DNA of 124,000 nucleotides from contig OX597815.1 of assembly GCA_951406725.2 (NCBI GenBank), positions 189,864,001-189,988,000 of the forward strand, given 5' to 3'. The notes below the pieces were generated by a model. That model was not told where the DNA came from. It made no database searches and saw only the letters and a program-made list of their open reading frames with translations. Shown one piece after another: positions 70,701-84,848 of the stretch. Every line of letters begins with the position of its first letter. Positions within the stretch are counted from its first letter, which is position 1. Position numbers and translations under genes: made by a program. This DNA is from Octopus vulgaris. Its lineage: Eukaryota.

Positions 70701-73324
70701 TTAAAATACCAAAAATATCAAAAAAACTGAAAAGGACAGATAAATCAAAAAGATTCTAAATCTACTAAACATTATTCTATCTTCCATTTTGTTTCATTCC
70801 AAACATAAATTGAATCCTGAGGGAAATATTTTATAATACCACTGTGTTTATTATTTTATTGTGTTCTATTATTTTGCAAGAACACTAACATAATTTACAC
70901 AAAAACTCAAAATCTATCATATTCAATATCCTTTTGCATATAAACTTCAATTCACTCTTGGTTGTTTTCTGCATTTTTTGCTGTCTTTTTTAGGTGTTGT
71001 TTGTTTTTTTTTCATTAAATTCTTTTTTGCTGTTTCATTTTCTTATGCGTTCTGTTTTTATTCCTTGTAACAACACATCAACATAGAGAATAAATACCAA
71101 GATACTGTTACTATTCTGAAACCTCTCTATAATAAACATTCTGCAACTAAATGTTCATAGAATATATGACACACTATTGACAAAAGCTATACTTGAGTTA
71201 TAATAATATTATACAAAGAAGAATCTCTAAGTTTGAAATTTATTTATCAACTGATCAAACAAAACAGCAATTTCTAAAAATATTTTGTATCAATTTTTTT
71301 TTTTTTTATATTTGCTACAAGCAAATAAATCTATTACTTGGGAAAGCATTTCCCATTGTTGATTTATTTATTTTATCATTTCAATTTTTATTACAACAAA
71401 AAGGCTGTCCTTTTTATAACGTATATAAATTTTAGAGAGCGATCTGTTTACATGATTTACATTATTCTTCTTATAACATCAACAATCTGTGTTTGTATCT
71501 TAGAAATTTCAATAAATATCTTCTTTAATCTTCATCAGGTTCTTCCTGTTGAAATTTTTTGACACTGTCTCCCTTTCTCCTTCTGCATTTCTTTCTGTAT
71601 ATTTCTCTCTTTCTCTTTTACTCTTTCTCTTCACCCCTCTCTCTTCTACTCTCCCTCTCTCTCTTTCTTCCTCTCTTGTTTCACATACTTGTATCTTGTG
71701 ATGCATGCGTTCCTATCATTAGGAGTTTATATGGTGGAAAATGTACTTCGGAACAATAAATTACTGAAGGGCATTCACTCAATTTGAAGCAAAAGAGAAA
71801 CAAGAAGACCAGAATAACTGTCGACATTGTGTTTCAATACAAGGCTTTATTCAAAAGGGGTAGAACGATTTGCTGGGATTTTAATGTATGTGCATTCTTT
71901 GAGAGTGCCCTGACATATCAACCTGTTCCACCAATTAAAAATACATTTAACTTCATATATGTGTGTGTATGTGTGTGTTTGTTTATATATATACATATAG
72001 GTATAGATACAGATATATAGATTCATATATATATATATATATATATGCATGAATAGATCAAGATTGAAGCCTGGTGCAGCCATCTGGTTCGCCAGCCCTC
72101 AGTCAAATCATCCATCCCATGCTAGCATGGAAAGCAGACGTTAAACGATGATAATGATGTATATATGTATGTACATATGTGTGTGTAGATTTATAGAGAT
72201 ATATACATATACATACATATATATGTGTGCGCGTGTAAATATAGATAGGTATAGATGCAGACATATATATGATTTATACACAGAGAGGCAAGCCATTAAC
72301 AAGTTGCCTGACATACTAGAAAGAACAGTCAAAATGTCCAAACCACAGTTAAGTTTGGACTTTCTGACTGTTCTTTCTAGTATGTAAGGTGACCTGTTAA
72401 GGCTCACCTCTTTTGTGTTTAAATGTACACTAATTTTTATATGAAAAATATGTCTATTGACTTTGTATACATACTAAGCCACTGGTAGAAAAAATTTCTA
72501 TAATTTTTTCCTATCCTATAGAAATTTAAGAAATATATATATGTATATGTATACATTTGTATACATTTTCTTGACAGGCCCTTCTATATATTTTGTATTT
72601 TTATGCACATATATATTTTTTACCATTAGTGTTTATATATGTATTCCTTTTATATATTGAATATATATATACACACACATATACGATGGGCTTCTTTCAG
72701 TTTCCATCTACCAAATCCACTCACAAGGCTTTTGTCGGCCCGAGACCATAGTAGAAGACACTTGCCCAAGGTACCACACAGTGGGACTGAACTCAGAACC
72801 ATATTGCTGGTAAGCAAGCTACTTACCACACAGCCACTCCTATGCCTTAATTATAATTATGTTTTTCTTTAAAAAAATATAGACAGTGCTGAAGTCGAAC
72901 CCAAGGCCCTAGACAAGTATAACAGATACAATAGAAAATGTTCAAATCAGGCAGACTATGATTAACACATAAATATACAGGTTTAATTAGGATAAAATAA
73001 GAATTGTCCAATCTGAAACAGATATTGATATTTTAGAAATATAAAAATATAGAAATATTTAAAAAAATAGAAATATTAAAATATAGAAATATAAAAAATA
73101 TATGAATACTAATAGTATATATGGACATAGAGATGTATAGATATGTCAACATAATAATAACAGAATATAGATAAAAATAATAATGGAATATAGGAAAAAG
73201 ACGTTTTTAAAAATTCAAAATATAATATAGAGAAAATAACAGGCATTAAAGAGTTTTTGGTAACGTGGTAGAGGAAAATATAATGATTTGAACTTTTTCT
73301 ATTGTATATGTTACACTTATGTGT

Positions 73325-73370
<46 letters not shown>

Positions 73371-75339
73371 AGGCACAATGGCCCAGTGGTTAGGGCAGCG
73401 GACTCGTGGTGATAGGATCATGGTTTCAATTCTCAGACTGGGCGTTGTGAGTGTTTATTGAGTGAAAACACCTAAAGCTCCTTGAGGCTCCAGCAGGGGC
73501 TGGTGGCAAACCCTGCTGTACTCTTTCACCACAACTTTTTCTCATTCTGTCTTCCTGTTTCTGTTGTACCTGTATTTCAAAGGGCCAGCCTTATCACACC
73601 CTGTGTCATGCTGAATCTCTCACCAAAACTATGTTAAAGGTACACGTGTTTGTGGAGTGCTCAGCCACTTGCACATTAATTTCCCAAGTGGGCTGTTCTA
73701 TTGATTGGATCAGCTGGAACCCTCATTGTCATAACCGGTGGAGTGCCACGATAAATATATATCTATTTATATGTATGCCTGTGTGAGTGTGTATGTTATT
73801 CTCTCTCTCTCTTTATCATGACTTTATGTGGTTGTTGTAAATGAAAGTCACTCTCATACAAGTGGTCTACTTCTTTTCCAGCCTTCTAGGGAGACATGTT
73901 TCATCATGGGATGAAGGTTGGTGACAGGAAGGGCATCCAGCAGTATAAAATCAGCCTCAACAAATGCTGTCCAACCCATGCAAGCATGGAAAAGTGGATG
74001 TTAAAACAATGTTGATGATGAAGATGAAGATGATGATGATAATGACAATGATGATGATAATGATGACGATGGCACCGATGATGATGATGATGACAATGGT
74101 GATGACGGTGATGATGATGATGACAATGGTGATGACGACGATGATGATGATGATGGTAATGACAATGATGATGATGACAATGGTGATGACAATGGTGATG
74201 ACAACGACAACAAGGATGATGATGATAATGATGATGATGATGATGACAATGGTGATGACAACGATGATGATGATGATGACAATGGTGATGACAACGATGA
74301 CGAGGATGATGATGATAATGACGATGATGATGATGACAATGGTGATGACAACGATGATAATGACAATGGTGATGACAACGACGACGACGACGATGATGCT
74401 GATGATGACAACGACAAAAATGATAGTGAAATTTATTCATCGATTGCTATTCACAAGCAACTAAGTCCGTATTTACGAAAATATCAGGGCCTGATGCTAT
74501 TCTGTTCATCTAGCCAGAACATCTTCATGGCTGAACTATATATAACTGTTAATGGCTACCTTCTGTACACTTAGCATTAAGCATTCTATTTTACTTAACA
74601 CATGGATACAATACAATACCATACAATAGAATAACGTGTTTGTTGTTATAGATTCAACTTCTGTCTCAGGCACTGAAATAAGTTCTTAAATAAAGTCGAT
74701 CATTGAGTTTACTTTACTCTGTCTAATAAAGCAAGCAATTTAATGAGCTATGTTTAGTGTTGGCCTTAAATGCGTATCCAAAATGTTGAAAGCAATTCTG
74801 TGCTGAAACTAATGTTGAGTGTTCCCAATCAGCTAAAAGGCAATTTATTGATTTCTTAGAAAGTAATTCATAAAATCAGCATTGCTGAATATGATTTAAT
74901 GCTTCATTATTTATACTAGAACGTAAGTGTTATTCGTGCTATGAAATCCAGGAAGATGAATGGCTAAATCAACATTAGCAGAGTCTATGGGATCTAAGAC
75001 GATGAATGAATGGCTAAGATGACACTAGCGAAATCTATCAGATATAACGCCTTCCAAACTTTTCGTTACATGACTAGGTTCTGATGAGCCATAAAAACAA
75101 ATGAAATTATTGAAGACAATAATAATATAATAATGAGCTGATTGCATTCAGTGCTCAGGTACACAGTGACTCACCTGAAAAAGGTAAAAAAAATGGGGAC
75201 AGAAAACAGTAGTCAGTCCAGTAAATAAAGACAGTGATGAAGGCCATAAATGCATGCAGAGTATACAAACAATTTATCCCTATAAGGTTAATTCTCCAGG
75301 GCAACTGACTTGGTAAACACCCACAAAATTATTAACTAT

Positions 75340-75585
75340 TGCACCAACAACCACCTTGAGCACTTTTTTGAGCTCTATGTGTCTAACACATGTGGGAATG
75401 CCTACAAAGTCAGAAAACAGCTCAGCTCCCATGACTTTCAGAAACATTTTTTTCAGACTCAGAGTTGCTGAAGCATAGAACAAACTACCTGCATCAGTTG
75501 TTAGCTGCTGAGGCATTGCATCATTTAAAACCTTCATACTTCCAGAAATTCACCAATACTACACCTGATATCCACCAGATGCCTT
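75340..75585 (+). mobile_element. 3' end of CR1-like LINE
   Basis: Homologous to 123085-123300. Confidence 0.8.
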
Positions 75586-77209
75586 TTCGTGATGCTGATT
75601 CTTGCCTTTTTTTTTGCCTTTTTTTTTTTAATGTAATTGACTTAATCCCTTTGTTTGTCCTCTCTATGTTTAGCCCCTTGTGGGCAATAAAGAAATAAGA
75701 AGTATGCTTTTCTACCACATGGTACCAGGTTCAGTTCCACTGTGTGACACCTTAGGCAAGTGCCTTCTACTATAGCCTTGGGCTGACCAAAGCCTTGAGT
75801 GGATTTGGTAGATGGAAACTAAAAGAAGCCTGTCATATTTGGGTGTGTGGCAGGGAGGTTGTGTGTGGGGTGGGAGGTTGTGTGTGTGTGTGCATCTTTG
75901 TGTCTGTGTTTGTCCCCACTACTGCTTGGCAACCAGTGTTGGTGTGTTTATGTCCCTATAACTTAACAGTTCAGCAAAAAGAAGCCAATAAAATAAGTAC
76001 CAGACTTTAAAAAAAAAAAAGAACAGAAAAAATTCATTCGACTCAGAAAAAAAAAGATTCTTCAAGGTGGTGCCCCAGAATGGCCAGTCTAATGACCGAA
76101 AGAAGCAAAAGATAAAAGATGCCTGCAAAAGAAGTCTTGCACCATAAAGTAAGAAATAAAGGTTTGATTCCTATTAGAATCCTTTCCCTTCCATTAATTC
76201 AGTCAAGGCATGAACACCACAACATCATATTTTCCATTTGTATTAAATTAAAATCATGAAACTAGTTTTTTAAAAATGCATATGCAGGAGTGGCTCGGTG
76301 ATAAGTAGCTTGCTTACCAACCACATGGTTCCAGGTTCAGTCCCACTATGTGGCAATTTGGGCAAGTGTCTTCTACTATAGCCTCGGGCCAACCAAAGCC
76401 TTGTGAGTGGATTTGGTAAACGGAAACTGAAAGAACCCCGTCGTATATATGTGTGTCTGTGTTTGTCCTCCCCCCCCCAACATCGCTTGACAACCGATGC
76501 TGGTGTGTTTACATCTACATAACTTAGCAGTTTGGCAAAAGAGACCAATAGAATAAGTACTAGGCTTACAAAGAATAAGCCCCGGGGTCAATTTGCTCGA
76601 CTAAAGGCAGTGCTCCAGCATGACCACAGTCAAATGACTGAAACAAGTAAAAGAGTAAAAGAGTATGCTCCAAAGAAAATACTAATTAGTCAAACCTGTT
76701 AATTATCACGAAAATAGAAATTTACTTAAAAATTCTCTAACAGCAGCATATCTGAACAAAAGGGAAAACTTTAATAATTATCTGAAGTGCTGGCAGCAAA
76801 GATTTTTTAATATTCTGGAATTGTAGAATAAATATTCTAACCGTTCTGATTCCCTCTTGTGAGCTTTCTGTTTGTTTGCTCAAATTAAATTATTACTATC
76901 ATTTATAATTCTTTTGGCTTTTATTTCAATTCATATTGACTTTAAATGAACAATGCGTGTTTACCATTATGCCTAGTAGAAACGTTATACAACATGTTAT
77001 CTTTGAAAAATGCATTATAAAATATAAATAACATTGCTATTACAAACACACTCACACATATATATACACATATGTGTGTGTATACATATATACATATATA
77101 TATGTGTGTGTGTGTGTGTATATATATATATACAAATATAAATATATACCTATGCATAGTCTATATGTGAATATAAATATATACATATGTATGTATGTAT
77201 GTATATATA

Positions 77210-77247
<38 letters not shown>

Positions 77248-77360
77248 TGTCTATTTATGAATATAAATATATACATATGTATATGTATGTATATATATAT
77301 AATAATACATACATATGTATGTATATGTATATATATGCATATATATATATCCAACTATTT

Positions 77361-77405
<45 letters not shown>

Positions 77406-80400
77406 GCTACTGTTTTGAATAGTATATATATTTTAGTATATATTGTTTAATATTCCTGTGTATATATTTTGGTAGAAATCCAAGGCAAGTAATTAACACT
77501 GATGGTATAAATAGAGGGAAAACTTACTACTGTGAGATCCTATTACGTGATCGCATATAATACAAACTGATAATGAAGAAAATTGCAGTTGAATAGCTTC
77601 TCTATAATGATAGATTTGATGACGCAGAAGAAATGCAAGATATTTCATGAAAAAAATTATTTCTTCTTCAGAAATTTTTGCCAATATTCCAATTTTTTTT
77701 TTGCTGAATCTTTACAATTTTACAAATAAATGTGAATTTTTTTTTTTCCTGCTCAAAGTGAAAGGCACTGCAGCCTAAATTATAGAATGAAATACTAAAA
77801 GTTTATTCATTCTCAAATATAAGTAATTTGTCTGTTATTCCATACTTTTTCACTCCATGTGCTGTGACTATTGGTGTGATCAATTGCAGACATTTATACT
77901 CTTTTCTGAAGATTCATAATTTTTCAATAGATAGATACCTATTTCTTTACTACCCACAAGGGGCTAAACACAGAGAGGATAAACAAGGACAGACAAACGG
78001 ATTAAGTCGATTATATCGACCCCAGTGCATAACTGGTACTTATTTTATCGACCCTGAAAGGATGAAAGGCAAAGTCGACCTCGGTGGAATTTGAACTCAG
78101 AATGTAGCGGCAGACAAAATACTGCTAAGCATTTTACCCGGCATGCTAACAATTCTGCCATCACACCACCTTTTCAATAGATAGATACAACAGTGGTTTA
78201 CCATTACCGTCTGTCAGTCTATTTATATTTTTTCTGTAAGTTTTCTTTTCTGATAATAACCCTGAGCCATAGGACTAATTCAACCCTTAGGCAAGGAAAC
78301 AGTTTATGTGACATTAGGGCATGCCTACTTTCCAATGGGCCTCTGTGCCATATGTCTTGGAGCCATCTGTTCTCTGAGTTCTGTATCCCGTAACCACAGG
78401 GCCATCTGCTCTTTTATTCATAACTGGAATCCTTGATATGTACTACCACCACAGGTTAGGGAACACTTCGCAGCTATGGTGATTAACTCTAAAATTACCA
78501 AAACTCCTGGACTCTTGAAATACAGTTTCACTTCTGGATGCCATTTAATGGTTTGCTCAAGATTAATGATTAATACCTGAATGATATTACATTAAAGAAC
78601 TTTATTCCTGAGTTATAAAAATAAAAGCACCTTGCATATGTAAAGGTCTTTAATATGATGTGGTTGTGCACATGGGGCAATAATGTCTAAGCAAGACATT
78701 CTTTAATAGAAATTTCCACTTAACACTTTGGGGCTTACAGTAAATAAATAGAAACATTTCTGAGGTTTGTTACAAAAGAAAAGGGAAAATAATGACAAGG
78801 TTATTGAATTAAATAAAGCATATTTAAGGATATTAAAACTAGAGATAATATTTGATCTTATAAAGTAGAACAGGGCTAAGGTTTCATTGTTGTATATAGA
78901 AACAGAAAAACCAGAATGGATGTTCATGTTCCAAATATAAAAATCTGTTTAATTAATCAATATTAATATTTTTTGGCATTATGAGTTGGCAGAAATGATT
79001 GATTGTTAAATTAAATTCGACTTAGAGTATTATATTTTTGATAATTCAATGATGACCACATTGTTGGCTGTAGCAGTGTCTTGAGACAACACTAATTATA
79101 TAAGCTAATAAAGGAGTTTTCAATGTGGTATTTTGACCTGCTAGAAAAGGCAGCTACGTTGCCTCACACTCCACCTTTAAAAGTGGAAGGACACAATTTT
79201 ATGATATAATGCAATGTGGTAAAATAGAACTAAATTCATGGTCCCAGCAGACAAAATGAAAAAGGTGTTGCCCTGAGGATGGTGAGGGAGATGTACTGGA
79301 TCAACCTCTCTCACATTTGTTGATAGGATGATTATCCCAGATTTAGATGATTACCTTAGATACATTGTCTGAAAGTATGATAGGACAATCATAGCAAGAA
79401 TGGTTTGATTTGGGATTTACTCAGTCAAGTTTGCTAAAAGGCTAAACAAGAATTATCAATGAGTAACTAAGATAAGAATAGTTAGTGATGGTCACAACTG
79501 GCTACAACTATACTGAAAGTAAAACTGAAACATTTTGTTGTTATTGTTGCTTAGCTCCAAATTGGCTCTCATCAAAAATATTCCAACTGGTACCATAGCA
79601 AATTTTTAAAGCCATTAGTTAATCTATCTAGGACTATATCTTACACCATAACATTCTCTACATTTTTTAACATGCTAGCTGTGATCTGAGGGAGATTTGG
79701 CTGCTGTTTCTGTAGAGGCACTCTGTAAAATTGTTCATGAACAATTAGTAAAGAATTGGATCTGAGGTACCCATATGGCAGGTGATAAGGTGGCGAGCTG
79801 GCAGAAACGTTAGCGTACAGGGCGAAATGCTTTGCGGTATTTTGTCTGCCACTACATTCTGAGTTCAAATTCCACCGAGGTCGACTTTGCCTTTCATCCT
79901 TTCGGGGTCGATTAAATAAGTACCAGTTATGCACTGGGGTTGATATAATCGACTTAATCCACTTGTCTGTCCTTGTTTGTCTCCTCTGTGTTTAGCCCCT
80001 TGTGGGTAGTAAAGAAATAGGTATCCATATGGCAGGTGAACATTCTACCGTAAAACAATCTGACGCATGTATCATACTGCATTTTTGCTGTGCCAGGAGA
80101 GGAAGTAAAAATTATCCTTTTAATTATGTAAACATCGATCGAAAATAATTGTTCGAAAACAATTATTCAAAAAACATTTATTTGAATGAAAAATTGTATG
80201 AATGAAAATTATTCAGAAGAACAATTATACACAATGTTAATCATTCTAAATTTTTTATTTTATTTAAAGAAAAATGATAAAATTAAAAATCAAGTACACA
80301 AGTGATATTTATTTCGAATAACTGTTTATGAACAACTGTTTTTGAGCAATTTTATGATACGAAACATTTTTTCTGTCATATATATGAAAAAATCAGTGAT

Positions 80401-81253
80401 GCTGTACAAAAAATATATCTGGAAGTTAAAACAGAATCTGTGCTTTACATGTTTAAATACATTATTATCCTTCTTTTCTGTGTTCCTTAGTTTTTTTATT
80501 TCACATACTCATTGTTAACTCTGAGTTTAGTGACAACACTTACTCTTTTACTCTTTTACTTGCTTCAGTCATTTGACTGTGGCCATGCTGGAACACTACC
80601 TTTTGTCAAGCAAACTTATGTATGTATGTATGTATGTATGTATGTATGTATGTGTGTGTATATGTTTGTGTGTCTGTGTTTGTCCCCCTAACATCACTTG
80701 ACAACCGATGCTGGTGTGTTTACGTCCCCCGTAACTTAGCAGTTCGGCAAAAGAGACCAACAGAATAAGTACTAGGCTTACAAAGAATAAGTCCTGGGGT
80801 CGATTTGCTCGACTAAAGGCCATGCTCCAGCATGGTCAAAGTCAAATGACTGAAACAAGTAAAAGAGTAAAAAAGAGAGAGAACCTATAGCTCTTTCCAT
80901 AATTTCACAACTACACACACACACGCACACACACACATACACATGTATGAATGCATGTATGAATGTGTATGTTTGTATGTGTGTGTCTATGTAGTTGTAT
81001 GTGATTGTGTATTCTTTTACATATTCCATCACTTGAACAAAAGTGTAGCATATGGCACTGTCAGTTTCGCCTGTCAAGAAACCATCTGGGCAATTTGTAT
81101 CTTGTAAGCTGTGTGGAATAAATGATCTCTTGCTTAAAAAAAAGAGGCAAGAATCAGCATCACGAAAAGGCATCTTTGTGAAAGACAATACATTCAATAA
81201 TACATTCTCCCAACCCATGCAACCATGGACAAACTGACGTAAATTAATGAATG

Positions 81254-81329
<76 letters not shown>

Positions 81330-81373
81330 ATATATATATGTGTAGATAGGTAGATAGCTGGATAGATAGATAC

Positions 81374-81421
<48 letters not shown>

Positions 81422-81438
81422 AGATAGGAAGATAGCTG

Positions 81439-81485
<47 letters not shown>

Positions 81486-82743
81486 GGACAGACAGGAAGA
81501 TAGATAGATAGATCAGATTTAATTTAGTTTCTACCAACTGAATTTACTCACAAGGCATTGGTAAGCTTGGGGTTATTGTCAAAGACATTTGCCCAGGTTG
81601 CCAAGCAGTGGAACTGAGCTGGTGTGTGTGTGTATGTGTGTGTGTGTATGTGTGTGTGTGTGTGTGTATGTGTGCCTGTGGGGGCATGTGTGTATGAGTG
81701 TATGTATGTAGGTATTTATGTATATAGGTAGGTAGGTAGCTAGGTACCCCCTCACACACTCACTCATACATACCTCATTAGCATTCGGAGGTTAGTAGTA
81801 CTTTACTAAAAGGAGTTATTTATCTTTATTTTAGTATTAACATTTATATTAAGGAAAATGTCATACCACTTATTTTCTGAACACCAGCAATCAATATGCC
81901 AACTTACAGATTTGTAAGGCAGCATCACCATTATCGCATACTTTTAGGACGTAGCTGTTATTTTTGTTTAAAAATAAATACATTTTGTTACTTTGATGTT
82001 GAAAATGACAATCTACAAACATAAAGCATTCTTCGTCTTCAAAAGAACTATTTAATCAATGTAACATTTTCCTGTCCAATGGACACCTTTTGGCATCGAT
82101 TTGTCAGAAAATATTTTGGATTATCTGATCTCATAAATTCATCATTTTGTAGATAAAAGCTAAGAAAATAAAAATACCGTATATGCAATATCTAGTTTCA
82201 TCTGTTGCTAGATTAACAATGTTCCTTGATGCTGCCTGAGTTATTCTCATCTATGGTAATTGTTCAACCAATAGGAAACACTTCAGTTAATTCCTTGCAG
82301 AAAGAAGAACGTTATTCCTCCATTATTGAATCACTAATTTCTATCTACACAAATTTCCTTTAAAACATAATCTTCAAAAGCTTCACAGAACCTTTGAATG
82401 GAGGAGACAAAATAAGGATTTGACTATTAGCAGTCAGTCTTTCTACTCTGCAGTTACTCTTCATGCTGAGTAAACTTCAGTAGAATATCAAAACACTCAT
82501 GCATAATACGTGTCTTTTGTTAATATTTTAGTTCAACTAAAAATTATGCTTATTTATATAACATTATCAACCAAACTTGTTTTATTCGTAACAAAATAAA
82601 GGCGAACTCTCCCTGAGTTTGCTTTGATTATAGACGTAAATTAACTACAGCAACTTTATATGCGAACAAGTGAGTGACTTCAAGCAGCTTCTACAGCTTT
82701 GCTAAAATGAATTCATAACAAATTATACTTGCCAAGTAAAATG

Positions 82744-83171
82744 GAATCTTTTCGGTTTGAACGGCAGTTTTTTCTAGCGGTGTCATATGAAATTGTCACC
82801 CATAATTATGACCCTAGTATTGATCTATTGCATTTCAATCTTCTTTAGGGTTAGGGTTAGATAGGGTTAGGGGTGGGGGAGGTTATCTTTTTTTCTTCAC
82901 AAATGTAAATAAACCCAATGTGTTTCTTAAACGAGGGACATATTCATACAGCACATAATGTTTTTTACCTCAATAGACGTCATTGATTGGTTGAAATTGC
83001 AGAAATTGAAGAGAAAAAAACAACAAATATCTTACAAACTATAGAATTTTCTCAATAAAGCCAAGAGAAAAAGATGTTTTATAAACACATTCTACCAGTA
83101 TACGAAGTTTTAAAATTTTTTTAGTTACCTAGAAATTATGTTAAAAACTGCCGTTCAAACCGAAAAGATCC
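82744..83171. mobile_element. MITE (family of 27886) with internal TTAGGG repeats
   Basis: Perfect 8-bp TSD GTAAAATG. Confidence 0.9.
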
Positions 83172-83459
83172 GTAAAATGAGATATTCCAGGCCATTTCTA
83201 TGCTTTATCAATAAACTGATGAGTGCATTAAGGACTTAATCCTGTGTCAATGATTTCTATAGTTTAGTCCTGGAAACTGCTATAAATTTGCTGCTCAAAC
83301 AATAAAGTCATCAATTCTATTGTTTCTTTCCATTTCATCAGTTTTTTTCTTTTTTTATTAGTTTCAGTAATTGTTTTAGGATTTTTGTAGAGCAAAGTAA
83401 AGCTGTTCCTATTGTTAGATTAACTAGAAGGTCTGTCGTGCACAGGCTTTGATTTCTTA

Positions 83460-83960
83460 ATGGATGGAGTTTTTCGTCGTCATCGTTATCATCATCATCA
83501 TCGTCATTATCATCATCATCATCGTCATTATCATCATCATCATCATCATCATTACTGTCGTCATTATCATTATTGTCATCACCATCATCATCATCGTCAT
83601 TGTCATCAACATCACCATTCTCATCATCATCATCATCATCTTCATCATTGCCATCATCGTCATCATTGTTGTCGTCAGCATCATCACTATCATCATCGTC
83701 ATCATCACTGCCATCACCATCATCATCACCATCACCATCAGCATCATTAACATTGCCATCATCGTCATCATTGTTGTCGTCAGCATCATCACAATCATCA
83801 TCATTGTCATCATCACTGCCATCATCATCAGCAGCACCATCAGCATCATCAACATTGCCATCATCGTCATCATTGTTGTCGTCAACATCATCACTATCAT
83901 TATCATTGTCATCACTACCATCATCATCATCATCATCATTCCCATCATCACCATCAGCAT
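83460..83960. repeat. (CAT)n-derived array with ~105-bp higher-order period
   Basis: CATTGCCATCATCGTCATCATTGTTGTCGTCAGCATCATCAC three times. Confidence 0.85.
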
Positions 83961-84275
83961 CAATGCTTTAATTACGATATTGTTGCTTAAGATCCCAGTA
84001 AGCTTTGATTGAACAAACCATTAATCAAAGGCATTCCTTGATCTGACCATTCTCTCTGTTCGCATATTAGGGGCAATGCTATCGTCCCTATTACCATATC
84101 ATAGCTTATGACCTTTCTACCTGTTCACATATTGAGGACTGTTACAATCCAGTGCGTGCTTTCTTTTATACAAGCCGACAAAGTGTGATTTAAGGGACAT
84201 TCCCCTACCGACTTTAGCAGCTAATCTAATCACAAAAAGAATCCATTATAAGTCTTCTACTCTATGTGGATATTC

Positions 84276-84815
84276 TATTGGGTTGGTGCATAATTATTGC
84301 AGCATTTTTCAACAAATTTTATTCAACAAAAACAACTTTAAATGATTATTCCGGAGCATATTCACCATCTACTTCAATTACTGTTTCCCATTTGCTTGGC
84401 AGATGGTCAGACCATCATTTAACCCTTTCATTACTGTATTTATTTTGAGATGCTCTGTGTTTCTTTCAATTACTTTAAATATAACAAAAAACTTAGTAAA
84501 ATATCTTAGTTATCATTAAGTCAGTGTTAGGAACATAAATTATGACTAAGGTTTGGTGGAAGATTTTAATTCAAAACCGATAGAAACAAGACATTTGTAC
84601 TTTTGAATTAAAATCTTCCACCAAACCTTAGTCATAATTTATGTTCCTAACACTAACTTAATGATAACTAAGATATTTTTCTAAATTTTTTGTTATATTT
84701 AAAGTAATTGAAAGAAACACAGAGCATCTCAAAAGATGTTTTTGTTAAATATTGTTATTGTTTTTGTTGAATAAAATTTGTTGAAAAAAAGCCACAATAA
84801 TTATACATTAACCCA

Positions 84816-84818
<3 letters not shown>
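84276..84818. mobile_element. MADE1-like mariner MITE containing a folded-back piggyBac MITE; second partial copy 84857-85078
   Basis: TATTGGGTTGGTGCATAATT..TTAACCCAATA. Confidence 0.7.

Positions 84819-84848
<30 letters not shown>

Noticed and set aside
70450-70760. 101-aa ORF in GC-richer unique patch
   Set aside because: No motif, no consistent splice sites; may be non-coding conserved DNA
81908-81954. 47-nt microexon YVLKVCDNGDAALQI (- strand)
   Set aside because: Good donor but poor acceptor; phase does not chain with other candidates
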